Assembly: GCA_964016885.1 (NCBI GenBank)
Contig: OZ024752.1
Location: 11,346,001-11,410,000, forward strand
Source: Eledone cirrhosa
Lineage: Eukaryota
Length of the DNA: 64,000 bases
Direction: 5' to 3'
Of this stretch, positions 60,525 through 64,000 are shown piece by piece. The position numbers and the translations under genes are program-made. The stretch's first letter is position 1. Each line of letters opens with the position of its first letter. A model generated the notes under the pieces. It saw only the letters and a list, made by a program, of their open reading frames with translations, searched no databases and had not been told where the DNA came from.

Positions 60525-60790
60525 GGCCTATTGGTAAAGGTGTTGGACATACGATCATAATGCTGTGGGTTCGATTCTTGGGTTGCGTGTTGTGTTCTTG
60601 AGCAAGACACTCCATTTCACGTTGCTCCAGTTTACTCTGCTGAAAATGGGTACCAACAAAACTGAGGGTTTGACTCTGCGATAGACTGGCGTCCTATCCA
60701 GGGGAAGTCTTGTACTCTCAGTCGCTTCATGCCATGAAACCGGGATAAGCACCGGCCAAATGTGTCTTCTGGCTTAACACAGACTTTAGA
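60525..60790 (+). mobile_element. SINE family B, body type 3
   Basis: Same head and core, then tgcgatagactggcgtcctatccagggg and gcttcatgccatgaaaccggg. Confidence 0.75.
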
Positions 60791-61006
60791 CTTATATTTA
60801 TACACAAGCGCTTGATTGTGTATAAATATCCATAAATATGTACGTGCAGGGTTATGTGGTTGTGTATGTGTGTGCGGTATCATAGACTTTTATGTAAATT
60901 CTAGACCACCCGTGACCCGTTGGGTCATGTGCACTTCAAAATATTGTTTTTAAATCATAAAATATACACAAACATGTATATAATGGGAAATGAATATGGA
61001 AGGCCC

Positions 61007-61038
<32 letters not shown>

Positions 61039-61082
61039 AAGTTAAATAAAAGTCAAATGATTAAAATTTAGCTTCGTTTATT

Positions 61083-61137
61083 ACTGCTATATATATTTCA
61101 GTGACAGCCATCTTTGGCTGTGACCTCTTCAGGCAGT
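61083..61137 (-). ncRNA. Type I hammerhead ribozyme (left arm)
   Basis: Mirror image of 61360-61414. Confidence 0.8.
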
Positions 61138-61359
61138 TTGAATTAGTATGGTATAGACAAGTACATATGTTGTTTAGGTGTATGATATTGTCAATACTCT
61201 GATATGCCCAGTTCCTTGTTTGGTTGTTAATTCACTGAGGAACTGGAGTCATATGACTGGAGTGAATTAACAACCCAACAAGGAACTGGGCATATCAGAG
61301 TATTGACAATATCATACACCTAAACAACATATGTACTTGTCTATACCATACTAATTCAA

Positions 61360-61414
61360 ACTGCCTGAAGAGGTCACAGCCAAAGATGGCTGTCACTGAA
61401 ATATATATAGCAGT
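61360..61414 (+). ncRNA. Type I hammerhead ribozyme (right arm)
   Basis: ACUGC CUGAAGA GGUCACAGCCA aaga UGGCUGUCACU GAAA UAUAU AUA GCAGU; 5-bp stem I, 11-position stem II, palindromic stem III, predicted cleavage after 61409; AATAAA at 61415. Confidence 0.8.
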
Positions 61415-61800
61415 AATAAACGAAGCTAAATTTTAATCATTTGACTTTTATTTAACTTTATTTTACACTACTCCGGAGTAACCAAACCAACCTGCGCACT
61501 TCGTCGAGTGCTCCAGCCTGCATACTGAGGTGTTGGTATACAACCAACATAAACTCAAAATCTATCTATATATATATATATATATTTATGAAGATATCCA
61601 GAAAACCCCGTATCTCGGGAACCCGTGGACCGATTTAAGCGAAACTTGTTTTATTCCATTTGTATTCCCATTTCAGAGTCAACTTCCTTTCAAAATATTT
61701 TCCTATTATGCGCCCTTTTTGGTGTAATGTAATTATATATATATATATTATATATATAATATATATATATATTATATATATAATATATATATATATATAT

Positions 61801-62170
61801 ACCGCTCGGACACCCCGACTCCCTCTCCCCACTCCACCCGCCACCACCCCTACACGCTCCACAACCTTCCACCACCTGTTTTACCCCAGTTTAATTTTAT
61901 TTTGATCATGCTTTTATTTTTATTTTTATTTTTATCTTTATTTTTATTTTTATTTTCATTTCCACCGTTTCCTCCCACCCCCTTTTTGCTATATGTCTCT
62001 TCACCACTCCCCTACACACCCTTTGAACTCTCTTCCCACACACTTTTCACCTGAAGAAGGGCTTATGCCCGAAACGTCGTTCCCCACCACTACCCCACTC
62101 TCAAGAGCGTGAAATTAATAAACATTCGTTGTACTGCCTCTCTGTTTTGTTCCTGTTAAAATTTTCCATT
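61801..62170 (+). mobile_element. Penelope-like terminal fragment with HHR-like core at 62051-62080
   Basis: CUGAAGA A GGGC uuau GCCC GAAACGUCGU, then AATAAA at 62117; bounded by (TA)n on both sides. Confidence 0.6.
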
Positions 62171-62183
62171 ATATATAATATAT

Positions 62184-62348
<165 letters not shown>

Positions 62349-62619
62349 GTGATGGTGAGAGAGAGCCGCATACACACCCATTCTCCTTCAACACTCACCC
62401 AGGTTTTTTATAACATATCTATAATATTGTCCTCTCTATTTTACAATTAAGTTCCCCCAAAGATTTAATAGAATCACTTAGGCGACACCATTAATTACTT
62501 TATATCTACAATGTCTCATATCTCATACATTGTCTGTCATATCACTGCCGCCATTGTTACTTCCTTACTTTCTTTGCTGTTGTTGTTCATTGTGTAGTGT
62601 CTTGGTTATTGATGTTGTT

Positions 62620-63495
<876 letters not shown>

Positions 63496-63645
63496 ATGGA
63501 TACTATCTTTATAAATGTTATTGATATTATGCTCCAGAAGAAAATTGTAGAGTGCTTCGAATCTGTTATAAATAAATAAATTTGTTGAATAACCAACAAA
63601 TTGAATAACTCTTTGCTTATATATATATCTATATATATATATATA

Positions 63646-63706
<61 letters not shown>

Positions 63707-63922
63707 CATTTATTTTGTTTTGACCTGTTTAGCTTCATTTGGTTTTTGGCTTGGGTGGTTAATGCCTTCTTGACCACCTTTTTCAGTTTTGTATGGCTTC
63801 TTAACACATTGTTCAGCTCTGGTTTTTAACTATTGAGCACTTTGCCAGTATCATTTCTGATTTTGGCGTTTCGCTTCGCTTTTCCTGCCTGCCGAAAATG
63901 CGATTCTCGCTGAATCTTTATT

Positions 63923-63993
<71 letters not shown>

Positions 63994-64000
63994 CGAAGGA

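Larger units (their letters stand above)
61032..61562. mobile_element. Palindromic HHR-bearing element: 205-bp arms (61032-61236 / 61261-61465) plus unpaired tail of about 97 bp
   Basis: Arms are reverse complements with one mismatch seen; (TA)n on both flanks. Confidence 0.9.

Overview
AT-rich, repeat-saturated eukaryotic DNA. No intact protein-coding gene, rRNA, genuine tRNA or CRISPR array can be supported. The SINE families and the very large (TA)n-derived arrays suggest an intronic or intergenic region of an octopus-like cephalopod genome (inference). Contents: about 25 copies of a tRNA-derived SINE, a second modular SINE group, decayed RTE-, CRE-, Tx1- and Penelope-like retroelement fragments, non-autonomous Helitrons, Tc1/mariner, hAT, pogo-like and Mutator-like MITEs, and micro/minisatellites. 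The long ORFs in the track are simple-repeat artefacts. The main signal is a set of short non-coding elements next to or inside (TA)n tracts. They carry minimal type I hammerhead ribozyme (HHR) motifs, about a dozen complete, variant or partial in 64 kb. Many are folded back into near-perfect palindromes with arms of about 30-306 bp, and two have an HHR on each arm. Some show compensatory changes in stem II, an extra nucleotide after CUGANGA, a shared fold-back point next to an AANATGGCG motif, and nested mini-hairpins at the palindrome centre. They look like non-autonomous Penelope-like or retrozyme-like elements. Ribozyme activity and novelty are untested; interspersed-repeat boundaries are approximate.
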